Source: Bacteroidota bacterium
GTDB taxonomy: Bacteria > Bacteroidota > Bacteroidia > 2-12-FULL-35-15
DNA length: 64,000 nucleotides
NCBI GenBank assembly: GCA_016722565.1
Contig: JADKIU010000007.1
Location: forward strand, 9,531 to 73,530
Direction: 5' to 3'
A program made the translations under genes and the position numbers. Position 1 is the stretch's first letter. Each line of letters begins with the position of its first letter. The notes under the pieces were generated by a model. The model had not been told where the DNA came from and did no database searches. It worked only from the letters and a program-made list of their open reading frames with translations. Below, piece after piece: positions 37,767-47,627 of the stretch.

Positions 37767-39803
37767 ATGAAGTTTAAAAGACATACCGTTACTGCCGCTT
37801 TGCCCTATGCAAATGGCCCTGTTCATATTGGTCATTTAGCAGGATGTTATTTGCCTGCCGACATATACGTTCGTTTTCTCCGCTCAAAAGGGGAAGATGT
37901 AAAATTTATTTGCGGCTCGGATGAACATGGCGTTCCCATTACCATCAAAGCAAAAAAAGAAGGCATCACACCACAACAAGTGGTGGATAAATATCACAAG
38001 ATGATGGGCAACTCTTTCAAAGAGTTTGGCGTTTCGTTCGATATCTACTCACGTACTTCTTCTAAAACTCACCATGAAACTGCTTCTGCATTTTTCAAAA
38101 ATCTTTACGATAAAAAAGTTTTTGTAGAGGAAATTACAGAGCAGTACTTTGATGAAAAAGCAAATCAGTTTCTAGCAGATCGCTATATTGTAGGAACATG
38201 TCCGAAATGCGCCAATGAAAATGCTTACGGAGACCAATGCGAAAAATGTGGAAGCACTTTAAATGCAACCGACTTAATAAATCCGAAATCAACATTATCC
38301 GGAGAAAAACCTGTTCTGAAAAAAACAAAAAATTGGTTTTTGCCCTTGGATAAAATGCAACCACAAATTGAAGCATATATTGATTCTCACAAAGAATGGA
38401 AAAGCAATGTGTTTGGCCAATGTAAAAGCTGGTTGAATGCAGGATTGCAACCTCGCGCCATGACCCGCGATTTGGATTGGGGCGTAAAAGTACCTGTTGA
38501 AGGTGCCGAAGGAAAAGTATTGTACGTTTGGTTTGATGCTCCTATTGGCTATATTTCTGCAACAAAAGATTTAACAAAAGATTGGGAATTATACTGGAAA
38601 GATAAAGAAACCAAATTGGTTCACTTTATTGGGAAAGATAACATTGTTTTTCATTGCATTATCTTTCCTGCCATGTTAATGGCAGAAGGTTCGTTCATTT
38701 TACCTGAGAATGTTCCGGCAAATGAATTTTTAAATTTAGAAGGCGATAAAATTTCTACTTCCCGCAATTGGGCTGTTTGGTTGCACGAATACTTGATTGA
38801 GTTTAAAGACAAACAAGATGTGCTTCGTTATACCCTTTGTGCAAATGCCCCGGAAAGTAAGGACAATGATTTTACCTGGAAAGATTTTCAGGCAAAAAAC
38901 AACAATGAGTTGGTTGCCATCCTTGGAAATTTTGTTAACCGCACCTTGGTGCTAACACATAAATATTACGAAGGAAAAGTTCCGGTTGCAGCAGAATACA
39001 CCAAAAGTGATTTGTTGTTATTAGAAGAAATCACCAAATATCCTGCAAAAATTGCTGCAAGCATCGAACAATATCGTTTCCGTGAAGCATTAGGAGAATT
39101 GATGAACTTGGCACGCTTGGGTAATAAATATTTAGCAGATAATGAGCCGTGGACATTGATTAAAACAGATGAAAAACGCGTACAAACCATCATGAACCTA
39201 TCATTGCAAATTTCTGCAAACCTGGCGGTATTGATGGAACCGTTTTTACCGTTTACTGCAAAAAAATTAAGCACCATGCTCAACCTGAACTCCGGTTTAA
39301 AATGGAACGATGCAACACGCACCGATTTGTTATTAGCCGGACATCAGATAAACACTGCGGCATTGTTGTTTGATAAAATAGAAGACGAAACCATTACCGC
39401 TCAAGTTCAAAAATTAGCAGACTCAAAAAAACTGAACGAAGAAAGCAATACATCCGAAATTGAGCCATCAAAAGCAGAAACATCTTTTGATGAATTTAGC
39501 AAAATGGATATTCGTATTGGAACCATTTTAGAAGCTGAACGCGTTCCTAAAACGGATAAACTTTTAAAATTATTGATTGATACAGGTATTGACAAACGCA
39601 CTGTTGTTTCCGGAATCGCAGGATACTACAAACCGGAAGATATTATCGGGCAGCAAGTTTCAATCCTTGTCAACCTTGCTCCTCGAAAAATAAAAGGAAT
39701 CGAAAGCCAGGGTATGATTTTGATGGCAGAAAACAACAAAGGAGAATTGAGTTTTGTGGCGCCAACAAAAGACACCATCAACAATGGCGGGGCTGTAAAA
39801 TAG
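37767..39803 (+). CDS. metG: methionine--tRNA ligase with C-terminal tRNA-binding (Trbp111/EMAP-like) domain
   Basis: [12 protein letters not shown] (HIGH), zinc knuckles CPKC...CEKCG, a KISTS variant of KMSKS, and C-terminal [23 protein letters not shown]. Confidence 0.95.
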   Translation: MKFKRHTVTAALPYANGPVHIGHLAGCYLPADIYVRFLRSKGEDVKFICGSDEHGVPITIKAKKEGITPQQVVDKYHKMMGNSFKEFGVSFDIYSRTSSKTHHETASAFFKNLYDKKVFVEEITEQYFDEKANQFLADRYIVGTCPKCANENAYGDQCEKCGSTLNATDLINPKSTLSGEKPVLKKTKNWFLPLDKMQPQIEAYIDSHKEWKSNVFGQCKSWLNAGLQPRAMTRDLDWGVKVPVEGAEGKVLYVWFDAPIGYISATKDLTKDWELYWKDKETKLVHFIGKDNIVFHCIIFPAMLMAEGSFILPENVPANEFLNLEGDKISTSRNWAVWLHEYLIEFKDKQDVLRYTLCANAPESKDNDFTWKDFQAKNNNELVAILGNFVNRTLVLTHKYYEGKVPVAAEYTKSDLLLLEEITKYPAKIAASIEQYRFREALGELMNLARLGNKYLADNEPWTLIKTDEKRVQTIMNLSLQISANLAVLMEPFLPFTAKKLSTMLNLNSGLKWNDATRTDLLLAGHQINTAALLFDKIEDETITAQVQKLADSKKLNEESNTSEIEPSKAETSFDEFSKMDIRIGTILEAERVPKTDKLLKLLIDTGIDKRTVVSGIAGYYKPEDIIGQQVSILVNLAPRKIKGIESQGMILMAENNKGELSFVAPTKDTINNGGAVK

Positions 39804-39828
39804 TTCAAAAAATAACTTATCTTTATTG

Positions 39829-39860
39829 GTGCATTCTGTCGTTTCAGAATGCACTTTTTT
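39829..39860 (+). terminator. intrinsic terminator after metG
   Basis: GTGCATTCTG-TCGTTT-CAGAATGCAC followed by T6. Confidence 0.75.
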
Positions 39861-39875
39861 ATTTAATCCACTATT

Positions 39876-42035
39876 ATGAAAAAAATTACACTCTTCGTTT
39901 TCTTGCTTGCTGTATTTTTTCAAACAAGCATTGCTCAGGAAAAACTTTTAACAATGGAAGAAGCTGTTGTGAAACAGCGCAGCACGCTCGCGCCATCCAG
40001 GCTAAGTCAGTTGATGTGGGTAAAAAACACCGACTCCTACTCTTATGTAAATCCAGGCGAAGTGCAAGAATTATTTATTTGCAATGCTTCTGATGGAAAA
40101 GTAACTCAAGCAGTTTCTTTGGCAATTCTGAATGAAGAAGTAAAAAAAATCGATCTGACACCCTTCAAAAACTTTCCACTACTCAAGTGGAAAAACGAGA
40201 AACAATTTTCATTTGAGGCTTTCAAAGAGGAGAAACACTTGTTTTTAGTTTATGACATTAAAACAAAAAAAATCATCAACGAAGGCACAATCGAATCTAC
40301 AGCAGTGGGAATAGATGTTGCAGACAAAACACGATTTATTGCATTTACCGTTAAAAATAATTTATTTGTGTTTGATGGTAAGAACAATTTAATCGTCACA
40401 AACGATAAAGATGAAAACATAGTAAATGGACAATCTGTTCACCGTGATGAATTCGGAATTTCCAAAGGTACTTTTTGGTCGCCAGCAGGTAACTTACTTG
40501 CTTTTTACCGCATGGATCAAACGATGGTAACCGACTATCCAATTATCGACTGGACATCCCGTCCTGCAAAAAATGTAAACATCAAATACCCAATGGCTGG
40601 AGATAAAAGTCATGAAGTAACTGTGGGTATTTATAATGTGAGCAGTGGCAAAACGGTTTTCTTAAAAACAGGCGAACCGAAAGAACAATACCTCACCAAC
40701 ATTGCATGGAGCAAAGACGAGCAACACATTTACATCGCAGTTTTAAATCGTGAACAGAATGAAATGAAATTAAACTCTTACAATGTTGCTACCGGATTAT
40801 TTGAAAAAACATTGTTTGCAGAAAAACACGAAAAGTATGTTCACCCCATGCATCCGATGGTCTTTTTACCGAATGCTTCCGGACAGTTTATCTGGCAAAG
40901 TGAACGTGATGGATTCAATCATCTCTATTTGTATAATGCAGATGGAACACTTGTAAAACAATTGACCAAAGGAAATTGGATCATCACCGACTTAGCTGGT
41001 TTTGATGCAAAAGGCACTAAAGTGTTTTATTCTTCCACAACTGAAAGTGGCATTACCCGAAATTTTTATTCCGTAGAAGTGAAAACCGGAAAAACAACAC
41101 GGATCACATCCGGTGAAGGAACGCATACAAGTGCATTGAGCAGTAAAGGAAATTACATCATCGACAACTTCCAAAGCACAACGATTCCGCGCAACACAAA
41201 CATCGTAAGCACCAACGGGAAAAAATCTAAAACAATTCACACCGCAAAAAATCCATTAGCAGATTATAAACTCGGACAAATGAGTTTGTTCACTTTAAAA
41301 AGTGAAAGTGGTGACGATTTATTTTGCAGATTATTTAAACCCGTTGCATTTGACTCAACAAAAAAATATCCGGTGATTGTTTATTTGTATAATGGCCCTG
41401 GAGCGCAAATGATTAACAATACCTGGAATGGTGGTGGCGATTATTGGTTTCAATACATGGCAGAAAGAGGTTTTGTAGTTTTCACGATTGATGGAAGAGG
41501 AAGTGCCAATAGAGGATTAGCATTCGAGCAAGCCATTTTCCACAATTGCGGTACAGTAGAAATGAAAGATCAAATGGTTGGTGTGAATTTTTTAAAATCT
41601 CAAAAATATGTGGATGCAAACCGAATGGGTATTTTTGGTTGGAGTTATGGAGGATTTATGTCGACCAGCATTATGACACGCTATCCGGAGGTGTTTAAAG
41701 CAGGTGTGGCAGGTGGACCGGTTGTCGATTGGAGCTATTATGAAGTGATGTATACCGAACGCTACATGGGAACACCGCAATCGAATCCAAAAGGGTATGC
41801 CGAATCAAGAACAATAAATCATATTGACAATTTAAAAGGAAAATTATTAATCATTCACGGTGCACAAGATGGCACTGTTGTTTGGCAGCACAGCATCCAA
41901 TATATCAAAGCCTGTGTTGAAAAAAATAAACAAGTCGATTATTTTGTCTATCCCGGTCACGAACACAATGTTTTAGGAAAAGAACGTGAGCACTTATATC
42001 AAAAAGTAACGGATTACTTTATGCAAAATTTGTAA
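39876..42035 (+). CDS. S9-family serine peptidase, dipeptidyl-peptidase IV-like
   Basis: Signal peptide. N-terminal beta-propeller-like region. Catalytic GWSYGG, later DGTV and HEH. 719 aa. Confidence 0.85.
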   Translation: MKKITLFVFLLAVFFQTSIAQEKLLTMEEAVVKQRSTLAPSRLSQLMWVKNTDSYSYVNPGEVQELFICNASDGKVTQAVSLAILNEEVKKIDLTPFKNFPLLKWKNEKQFSFEAFKEEKHLFLVYDIKTKKIINEGTIESTAVGIDVADKTRFIAFTVKNNLFVFDGKNNLIVTNDKDENIVNGQSVHRDEFGISKGTFWSPAGNLLAFYRMDQTMVTDYPIIDWTSRPAKNVNIKYPMAGDKSHEVTVGIYNVSSGKTVFLKTGEPKEQYLTNIAWSKDEQHIYIAVLNREQNEMKLNSYNVATGLFEKTLFAEKHEKYVHPMHPMVFLPNASGQFIWQSERDGFNHLYLYNADGTLVKQLTKGNWIITDLAGFDAKGTKVFYSSTTESGITRNFYSVEVKTGKTTRITSGEGTHTSALSSKGNYIIDNFQSTTIPRNTNIVSTNGKKSKTIHTAKNPLADYKLGQMSLFTLKSESGDDLFCRLFKPVAFDSTKKYPVIVYLYNGPGAQMINNTWNGGGDYWFQYMAERGFVVFTIDGRGSANRGLAFEQAIFHNCGTVEMKDQMVGVNFLKSQKYVDANRMGIFGWSYGGFMSTSIMTRYPEVFKAGVAGGPVVDWSYYEVMYTERYMGTPQSNPKGYAESRTINHIDNLKGKLLIIHGAQDGTVVWQHSIQYIKACVEKNKQVDYFVYPGHEHNVLGKEREHLYQKVTDYFMQNL

Positions 42036-42056
42036 GACATTTTTGACAGGCAGACT

Positions 42057-42110
42057 TCTCGACTCCGCTCGAAGTGACAGTGCTAAAGGCAAGTTCGAGC
42101 GGAGTCGAGA
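42057..42110. repeat. REP-like perfect palindrome (17-nt arms, 20-nt loop), same family as 27-101
   Basis: TCTCGACTCCGCTCGAA (42057-42073) and TTCGAGCGGAGTCGAGA (42094-42110) are exact reverse complements. Confidence 0.75.
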
Positions 42111-42137
42111 ACCGCACTAACTATTAAAAACAATACC

Positions 42138-42665
42138 ATGACCAATAGCGAAGGAACAATCATTCAAAAAGCAGAATTCAATTCTGTTTTACGCACCTAC
42201 ATTTTATTGTATGTTGCATTTTTTCTATTTATTTCCATTATAGGTATCCCGCTTTGCATTATTTGGCTTTGTGGCGTGGGACAATGGTATTCACGTCATT
42301 ATTTTGACAAGTTGGAATGTGTATTAACAGATAAAAATTTACGTTTTAAAAAAGGGATCATTGTACAATTTGAAAAAACGATTCCATTGGAAAACATTCA
42401 AGATATGGCATTCATTGAAGGTCCCGTTTTGAGACATTTTAATTTATGTGTTTTAAAAGTTGAGACAGCTGGAGGCTCAGCACATATGTCGCATCAAATG
42501 AGTTTAGTTGGAATAAAAGAAGCACAAGATTTTCGATTAAAAGTATTGGAACAACGCACACTGCTAAAAAACACACAAGGCAATCACGACAACCAAAATG
42601 TATTAGTAGAAATAAAAGAAAGCTTATTACGAATTGAAGGCTTGTTGAAGGACAATAAAAAATAA
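42138..42665 (+). CDS. membrane-anchored bacterial PH (YdbS/YdbT-like) domain protein
   Basis: Two N-terminal hydrophobic helices, then a segment (...IPLENIQDMAFIEGPVLRHFNLCVLKVETAGG) typical of bPH_2 domains. Confidence 0.65.
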   Translation: MTNSEGTIIQKAEFNSVLRTYILLYVAFFLFISIIGIPLCIIWLCGVGQWYSRHYFDKLECVLTDKNLRFKKGIIVQFEKTIPLENIQDMAFIEGPVLRHFNLCVLKVETAGGSAHMSHQMSLVGIKEAQDFRLKVLEQRTLLKNTQGNHDNQNVLVEIKESLLRIEGLLKDNKK

Positions 42666-42741
42666 TTGGGCTTAATCTAAATATTATTTGAATGAATTTA
42701 TTGGACAGTCAACGCTATTAATTATTAGGAAACGGCCTATG

Positions 42742-42813
42742 TGGTCTCGCCCAGAATCGAACTGGGATCAAAAGTTTAGGAAACTTCTATTCTATCCGTT
42801 GAACTACGAAACC
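42742..42813 (-). tRNA. tRNA-Arg (anticodon CCT)
   Basis: The reverse complement GGTTTCGTAGTTCAACGGATAGAATAGAAGTTTCCTAAACTTTTGATCCCAGTTCGATTCTGGGCGAGACCA folds as a cloverleaf. Acceptor GGTTTCG/CGAGACC (one G:U pair), anticodon loop TTCCTAA and T arm CCCAG-TTCGATT-CTGGG. Confidence 0.85.
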
Positions 42814-42915
42814 TTGATTTTAAAGGATTACAAAGGTACCAAATTTTGCAAGAGTTCCTATATTGCCAATTCCTGAATTATTAGTATTTTTAGGTGCTAA
42901 AAACACCATTTTCAC

Positions 42916-43962
42916 ATGAAATTTACAGCAAAACAAATAGCCGATTTATTGGGAGGAACTGTTGAAGGAAACGGAGAAGTTGAAGTATCCGGACTTGCTA
43001 AGATTGAAGAAGGTAAGTTAGGAACCTTGTCGTTTCTCTCCAACCCTTTGTATACACAGTATATTTACGAAACTGATGCCTCAGCTGCCATTGTAAACAA
43101 ATCCTTGGTGCTTGAAAAACCGGTAAAACCAACACTTACACTGATCCGTGTAGAAGATTCTTATTCAAGTTTCGCAAAGCTTTTAGAAATTTATCATAAA
43201 TTCAAACACGATAAAAAAGGTATCGAACAACCATCCTTTGTTGCAAGTACTGCCAAATTGGGTAAGGATTGTTATGTTGGAGCATTTGCCTATATCGGTG
43301 AAAATGTAAAAATCGGGAACAATGTTAAAATTTATCCGCATTGTTATATTGGCGACAATGTTACCATTGGTGATGATTGCGTTTTCTTTTCAGGAGTAAA
43401 AATTTATTACGATTGTGTTATTGGAAACGATTGCACCATCCATGCCAGCACTGTTGTTGGTAGCGATGGATTTGGTTTTGCTCCAAACGCGGAAAACAAT
43501 TACAAAAAAGTACCTCAGATCGGAAATGTGATCATCGAAGATCATGTAGAGATTGGATCAAATACCTCTATCGACAGAGCAACAATGGGATCAACCATTA
43601 TCCGCAAAGGCTCTAAACTGGATAACTTGGTGCAAATTGCGCACAATGTTGAATTGGGTGAAAATTGTATCTTGGCAGGAGGTTCATTTGTTGCAGGCTC
43701 AACCAAACTCGGAAAAAATGTGATGATGGGTGGACAAGCCGGAGTTATCGGACATTTAAAAATTGCGGATGGTGTAAAAATTGCCGGACAATCCGGTGTT
43801 GGAAACAGCATCGAAACAGAAGGATTGGTTGTGCAAGGATCACCGGCTTTTGCCATTGGAGATTTCCAAAGAAGCTATGTGCTTTTTAGAAGTTTTCAAA
43901 AAGTAAACGATAGAATTCGCACCCTTGAAAAAGAATTAAAAAAAATAAATACTCCTGAATAG
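42916..43962 (+). CDS. lpxD: UDP-3-O-acylglucosamine N-acyltransferase
   Basis: N-terminal LpxD domain (KQIADLLGG...LSFLSNPLY) followed by long left-handed beta-helix hexapeptide repeats. Confidence 0.9.
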   Translation: MKFTAKQIADLLGGTVEGNGEVEVSGLAKIEEGKLGTLSFLSNPLYTQYIYETDASAAIVNKSLVLEKPVKPTLTLIRVEDSYSSFAKLLEIYHKFKHDKKGIEQPSFVASTAKLGKDCYVGAFAYIGENVKIGNNVKIYPHCYIGDNVTIGDDCVFFSGVKIYYDCVIGNDCTIHASTVVGSDGFGFAPNAENNYKKVPQIGNVIIEDHVEIGSNTSIDRATMGSTIIRKGSKLDNLVQIAHNVELGENCILAGGSFVAGSTKLGKNVMMGGQAGVIGHLKIADGVKIAGQSGVGNSIETEGLVVQGSPAFAIGDFQRSYVLFRSFQKVNDRIRTLEKELKKINTPE

Positions 43963-43977
43963 GATTGTTCCCAATTT

Positions 43978-44835
43978 ATGACAACGCCACAAAAATTTAT
44001 AGACGTAGATAAAGTTCTAAGAGAGAAAGCACCCGGACTAAAAAAATGGATGCCTCGCTTTGTTCTGAATTGGCTAAAACGCAAACTTCATGAAGATGAT
44101 ATCAATACACTCATGATTGATTTGAAAGATGTGTATGGTGTTGAATTCAATAATAAAGGACTAGAAAAATTAGGCGCTAAAATTGAATCCACCAACTCAC
44201 ATTTTATTCCAAAAGAAGGAGGAATCATTTTAGCTGCTAATCACCCACTTGGCGGATTAGATGGAATGGCCTTTGTGAAAACAATTGCCGAAGTTCGACC
44301 GGATATCCATTTTGTGGTAAATGACGTTTTAAAAAATCTTAAAAATTATGGTGATGTTTTTATCGGCATCAACAAAATAAAATCCACCTCTGCAACTTCT
44401 TTAAGAACTATTGAAAGTGTTTTACTTACGGATGAAGCCATCGGATTTTTTCCTGCAGGATTGGTTTCCAGAAAACAAAATGGGAAAATCATGGACTTAG
44501 ACTGGAAAAAAAGTTTTGTCACCCAAGCCATTGACCACAAACGAATGATTGTTCCAGTTTTTATTGAAGGACAAAACTCAAAATTCTTTTACAACTTTGC
44601 TCAATTCCGTAAACGCATTGGTATTAAAGCAAATATCGAAATGCTTTTTTTACCGGATGAAATGTTTAAACAAAGAAATCGTACCATCAAAGTGCATTTC
44701 AGCAAAGCTTTCGACCCAGCCATTTTAGATAAACGTAAATCACACAAAGGTTGGGCTGATCACATCAAAAAATATATTTATTCAGATGAATTTAAAAAAG
44801 GAATTCCATTTGAAGAATATATGAACATGGATTAG
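43978..44835 (+). CDS. lysophospholipid/glycerol acyltransferase family protein (PlsC/OlsA-like)
   Basis: ILAANHPLGGLDG acyltransferase-type His/Asp motif and FFPAG block. 285 aa. Confidence 0.6.
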   Translation: MTTPQKFIDVDKVLREKAPGLKKWMPRFVLNWLKRKLHEDDINTLMIDLKDVYGVEFNNKGLEKLGAKIESTNSHFIPKEGGIILAANHPLGGLDGMAFVKTIAEVRPDIHFVVNDVLKNLKNYGDVFIGINKIKSTSATSLRTIESVLLTDEAIGFFPAGLVSRKQNGKIMDLDWKKSFVTQAIDHKRMIVPVFIEGQNSKFFYNFAQFRKRIGIKANIEMLFLPDEMFKQRNRTIKVHFSKAFDPAILDKRKSHKGWADHIKKYIYSDEFKKGIPFEEYMNMD

Positions 44836-45503
44836 AATTCACTTATACCAACCAGCAATTCTTTGTTTTCACTAATCCACAATACCAACGAATTATTACG
44901 TGGAGGTAGTTGCAATTTCTGACAAATTTTTGACCGATAATTTTCGATTGTTTTTTCAGACAAGAACAATAACTCTGCAATTTCTTTTGTTGTCTTATTC
45001 TGGCTCACCAATTTCAAGGTTTTTAACTCTGCCTGACTGAGATTTTTCAATAAAAATAATAATTCAATTTTCTTTTTATCCGACTCTACAAAATCTGAGT
45101 AATAGGCTTGCAATTCGGGACCAATGTACTTTTCGTCTTGAGAGACTTTACCTATACAATCGATGATTTCGTTGGCAGCAAAATCTTTTAGAATATAACT
45201 GTAAGCGCCCGAATCCATCGCTTTTTTAACCATTTCTCTATCGCGATACATGGTAAGAATCACAATCCGAGTTGATAATTTTTCTTTTGTAACAATCGTA
45301 GATACTTCGATTCCATTTAATTCCGGCATATTGATATCCAAGATGGAAATCTCCGGTTTCTCTTTTTTTATTGCATCCAACGCTTCTCTCCCATTCCTAC
45401 ACTCGATAATCTGAATATCCGAAAATGAACCCTCCAGAATATCTTTCAGGCCCTTTCTAAAAATAGGATGATCATCGGCAATAAGGAGTTTCATTTTTTT
45501 CAC
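44832..45503 (-). CDS. two-component response regulator, NarL/LuxR family
   Basis: Receiver domain (LLIADDHPIFRKGL...DINMPELNG) plus a C-terminal LuxR HTH (LSQAELKTLKLVSQNKTTKEIAELLFLSEKTIENYRSKI). Confidence 0.9.
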   Translation of the reverse strand: MKKMKLLIADDHPIFRKGLKDILEGSFSDIQIIECRNGREALDAIKKEKPEISILDINMPELNGIEVSTIVTKEKLSTRIVILTMYRDREMVKKAMDSGAYSYILKDFAANEIIDCIGKVSQDEKYIGPELQAYYSDFVESDKKKIELLFLLKNLSQAELKTLKLVSQNKTTKEIAELLFLSEKTIENYRSKICQKLQLPPRNNSLVLWISENKELLVGISEF

Positions 45504-45504
45504 T

Positions 45505-47478
45505 TTAGGCTACCTTAAATTTAAGAATTAATTTGAATCCTTTCTCCACTTTATCATCAATATCAATAGAACCATTGATAATTTTTGCACGTTCCTGCAT
45601 CGAAAGTAAACCGATTCCCAGATGGTGCTTCTTATTTTTTAGACCCATACCGTTATCTTGGTATAGCAACACAAACTCTTCTCCCTTTTCTGATATGGAT
45701 AGTTTTAATCCGCTTGCTCCGGAATGTTTAATGGTGTTGTTCGTGCATTCCTGAATAATCCGAAACAAATGCGTTTGAATTGAAATGGGCAATGCTTCTA
45801 CTCCGTTTGGAATTTCAAAACTACATTCCATTTTTGTTGCCGACTGAATACTTTCCATCAATGCAGCAACAGAACGTCCCAAACCAATTTTTTCAAGATT
45901 GGTAGGATATAAGTTACGTGAAATCTCTCTCGTTTGCTCAATCACCCGTCCCAACTCAATCTCCATTTGATGAGAAGGCTCCTTAGAGCCTTGCTGTTCT
46001 TTTATCATTTTTGCTTTGATAACAGACAACGATTGACCGATATCATCGTGCAAATCTCTTGAAATGCGCAATCGCTCCTCCTCAATGTTTTGAATCAGTT
46101 GCTGACTAAATTGTTGCTGTTTTTCCTTTATCTTTTTAGAATATCGCCACGACAAAATACTTATCAGGAGAATAATCACAATTAGCGCACTACCAATACT
46201 AATCCATTTAAGATAACGTTCCTCTTGCGTTTGTTTTTCCAAAATAATGGAGTTCAATTTTTCCTTCTCAAGTTCAATTTCTTTTTTCTGAATCTTTTGA
46301 TTTTGCTGCAATTGAGCAATCACCTTATCGTTAATTTGGCCGGATAAACTGTCCTTCAATTTCGAATACTTCAAATAACTTTCCAGGGCCAGTTCGTACT
46401 TTTGTTGGCTCGATTCAACGCGGTATTTCATGAAGTAATAGGAAGATAAATCTTCCAAATTCCCGGTTTTACTTGTCAATTGCTCAATCTCTAAAAGTAA
46501 AGCTTCAGCTACCGGAATTCGATTCATCATTACAAAAACATTGGCTTTATTTAAATATGCCTTGGCAAGTTCTTTATCAAAATGGTGCTGTTTCAACACG
46601 ACAATTGCAGAATCAATGTACGAAATGGCTTTATCATTTTGTCCAGCATTCGAAAAAGCTGAGGCGAGGTTAATAAAATTGCTGGCTAGTTCTTGGTGCA
46701 AGTTATTCTGACGAGAATATTGAATTACTTTTTCAAATAATGGATAGGCTTTTTCAGGTTTATTATCCGAGACATAGGCCAAACAAATGTTCATTTGAAT
46801 GTGACCTGCTAGGCGTTTGCTGTTTTCTCTTTCTGCAATTATCAATCCCTTTTCAAAATCTTCTAATGCTTCTTTGGTTTGTCCAAGTCCTAATTTTATC
46901 AACCCTAAATTATTTCTAAAAACAGCCGGATAATAATTTAAATTATGAATTTCAGAAATTGTTAACCCTTCCAGATAATACTTAACAGCAGCCTGAGCAT
47001 CACTTTTATCTTGTTTGATAATGCCCAACAAGTTATACAACTCTGCTACATTTTCAAAATCACCAATTTGTTTCGACTTTTCTAATAAAGTGTATAAATC
47101 TTTCTCCACCTGTTCTGAACTTCCTGTTTCAAACTCCAAAAACAACAATCGAATTTCAGAAAGAATTTCAATATGTGAATTCTTCCATTTTTTTGATTCT
47201 TCTAAAGATTGTTCAAAATATTTTTTTGCCTTTTCGAGATTGCGGACATAAAAAAAATAGTTTCCATAATACAAATGTACTTCCGCAACCGCATCCTGAG
47301 AAGAAGAGGCGATTGCCTGTTTAATTGTTTGTTCACCTACCTTGAACAATTTAGCAGAATCATAATAAGACGCTTCCTTTACTTCCCGTATCAACTTATT
47401 GATTGCAGGTGAATAGCTTGCTTTAGAAGGCAAAACAAATAATAAAAAACAGAAAAAAAGGAGTTGGACTTTTCTCAT
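45505..47478 (-). CDS. sensor histidine kinase with periplasmic/extracytoplasmic TPR region (HisKA_3 type)
   Basis: I prefer the ATG at 47478 (MRKVQLLFFCFLLFVLPSKA signal/anchor) over the 47700 extension. TPR repeats, a TM segment (WISIGSALIVIILLISILSW), H-box RISRDLHDDIGQSLS and an HATPase region. Confidence 0.85.
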   Translation of the reverse strand: MRKVQLLFFCFLLFVLPSKASYSPAINKLIREVKEASYYDSAKLFKVGEQTIKQAIASSSQDAVAEVHLYYGNYFFYVRNLEKAKKYFEQSLEESKKWKNSHIEILSEIRLLFLEFETGSSEQVEKDLYTLLEKSKQIGDFENVAELYNLLGIIKQDKSDAQAAVKYYLEGLTISEIHNLNYYPAVFRNNLGLIKLGLGQTKEALEDFEKGLIIAERENSKRLAGHIQMNICLAYVSDNKPEKAYPLFEKVIQYSRQNNLHQELASNFINLASAFSNAGQNDKAISYIDSAIVVLKQHHFDKELAKAYLNKANVFVMMNRIPVAEALLLEIEQLTSKTGNLEDLSSYYFMKYRVESSQQKYELALESYLKYSKLKDSLSGQINDKVIAQLQQNQKIQKKEIELEKEKLNSIILEKQTQEERYLKWISIGSALIVIILLISILSWRYSKKIKEKQQQFSQQLIQNIEEERLRISRDLHDDIGQSLSVIKAKMIKEQQGSKEPSHQMEIELGRVIEQTREISRNLYPTNLEKIGLGRSVAALMESIQSATKMECSFEIPNGVEALPISIQTHLFRIIQECTNNTIKHSGASGLKLSISEKGEEFVLLYQDNGMGLKNKKHHLGIGLLSMQERAKIINGSIDIDDKVEKGFKLILKFKVA

Positions 47479-47627
47479 GGATGAAATTAAACACGTTTCA
47501 TTTCTTAAATATAACAATAAAAAGAATTCATTTTTTTGCCAACCACAAATTTGGACAGATAAGGGGGCAGCCCCCTTGTTTGGATGTTTTTGAAAATTGA
47601 AATTTGTTCTACGTAAACTCTTCGACC

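Noticed and set aside
38748-38762. The MetRS KMSKS loop reads KISTS
   Set aside because: The HIGH motif, zinc knuckles and anticodon/tRNA-binding domains are canonical. I believe K-I-S-T-S type loops occur in this MetRS subclass, but I cannot verify that without an alignment. I did not consider it strong enough to report as a finding.
42688-42876. 62-aa plus-strand ORF
   Set aside because: It entirely overlaps the minus-strand tRNA-Arg(CCT) at 42742-42813 and has no coding features.
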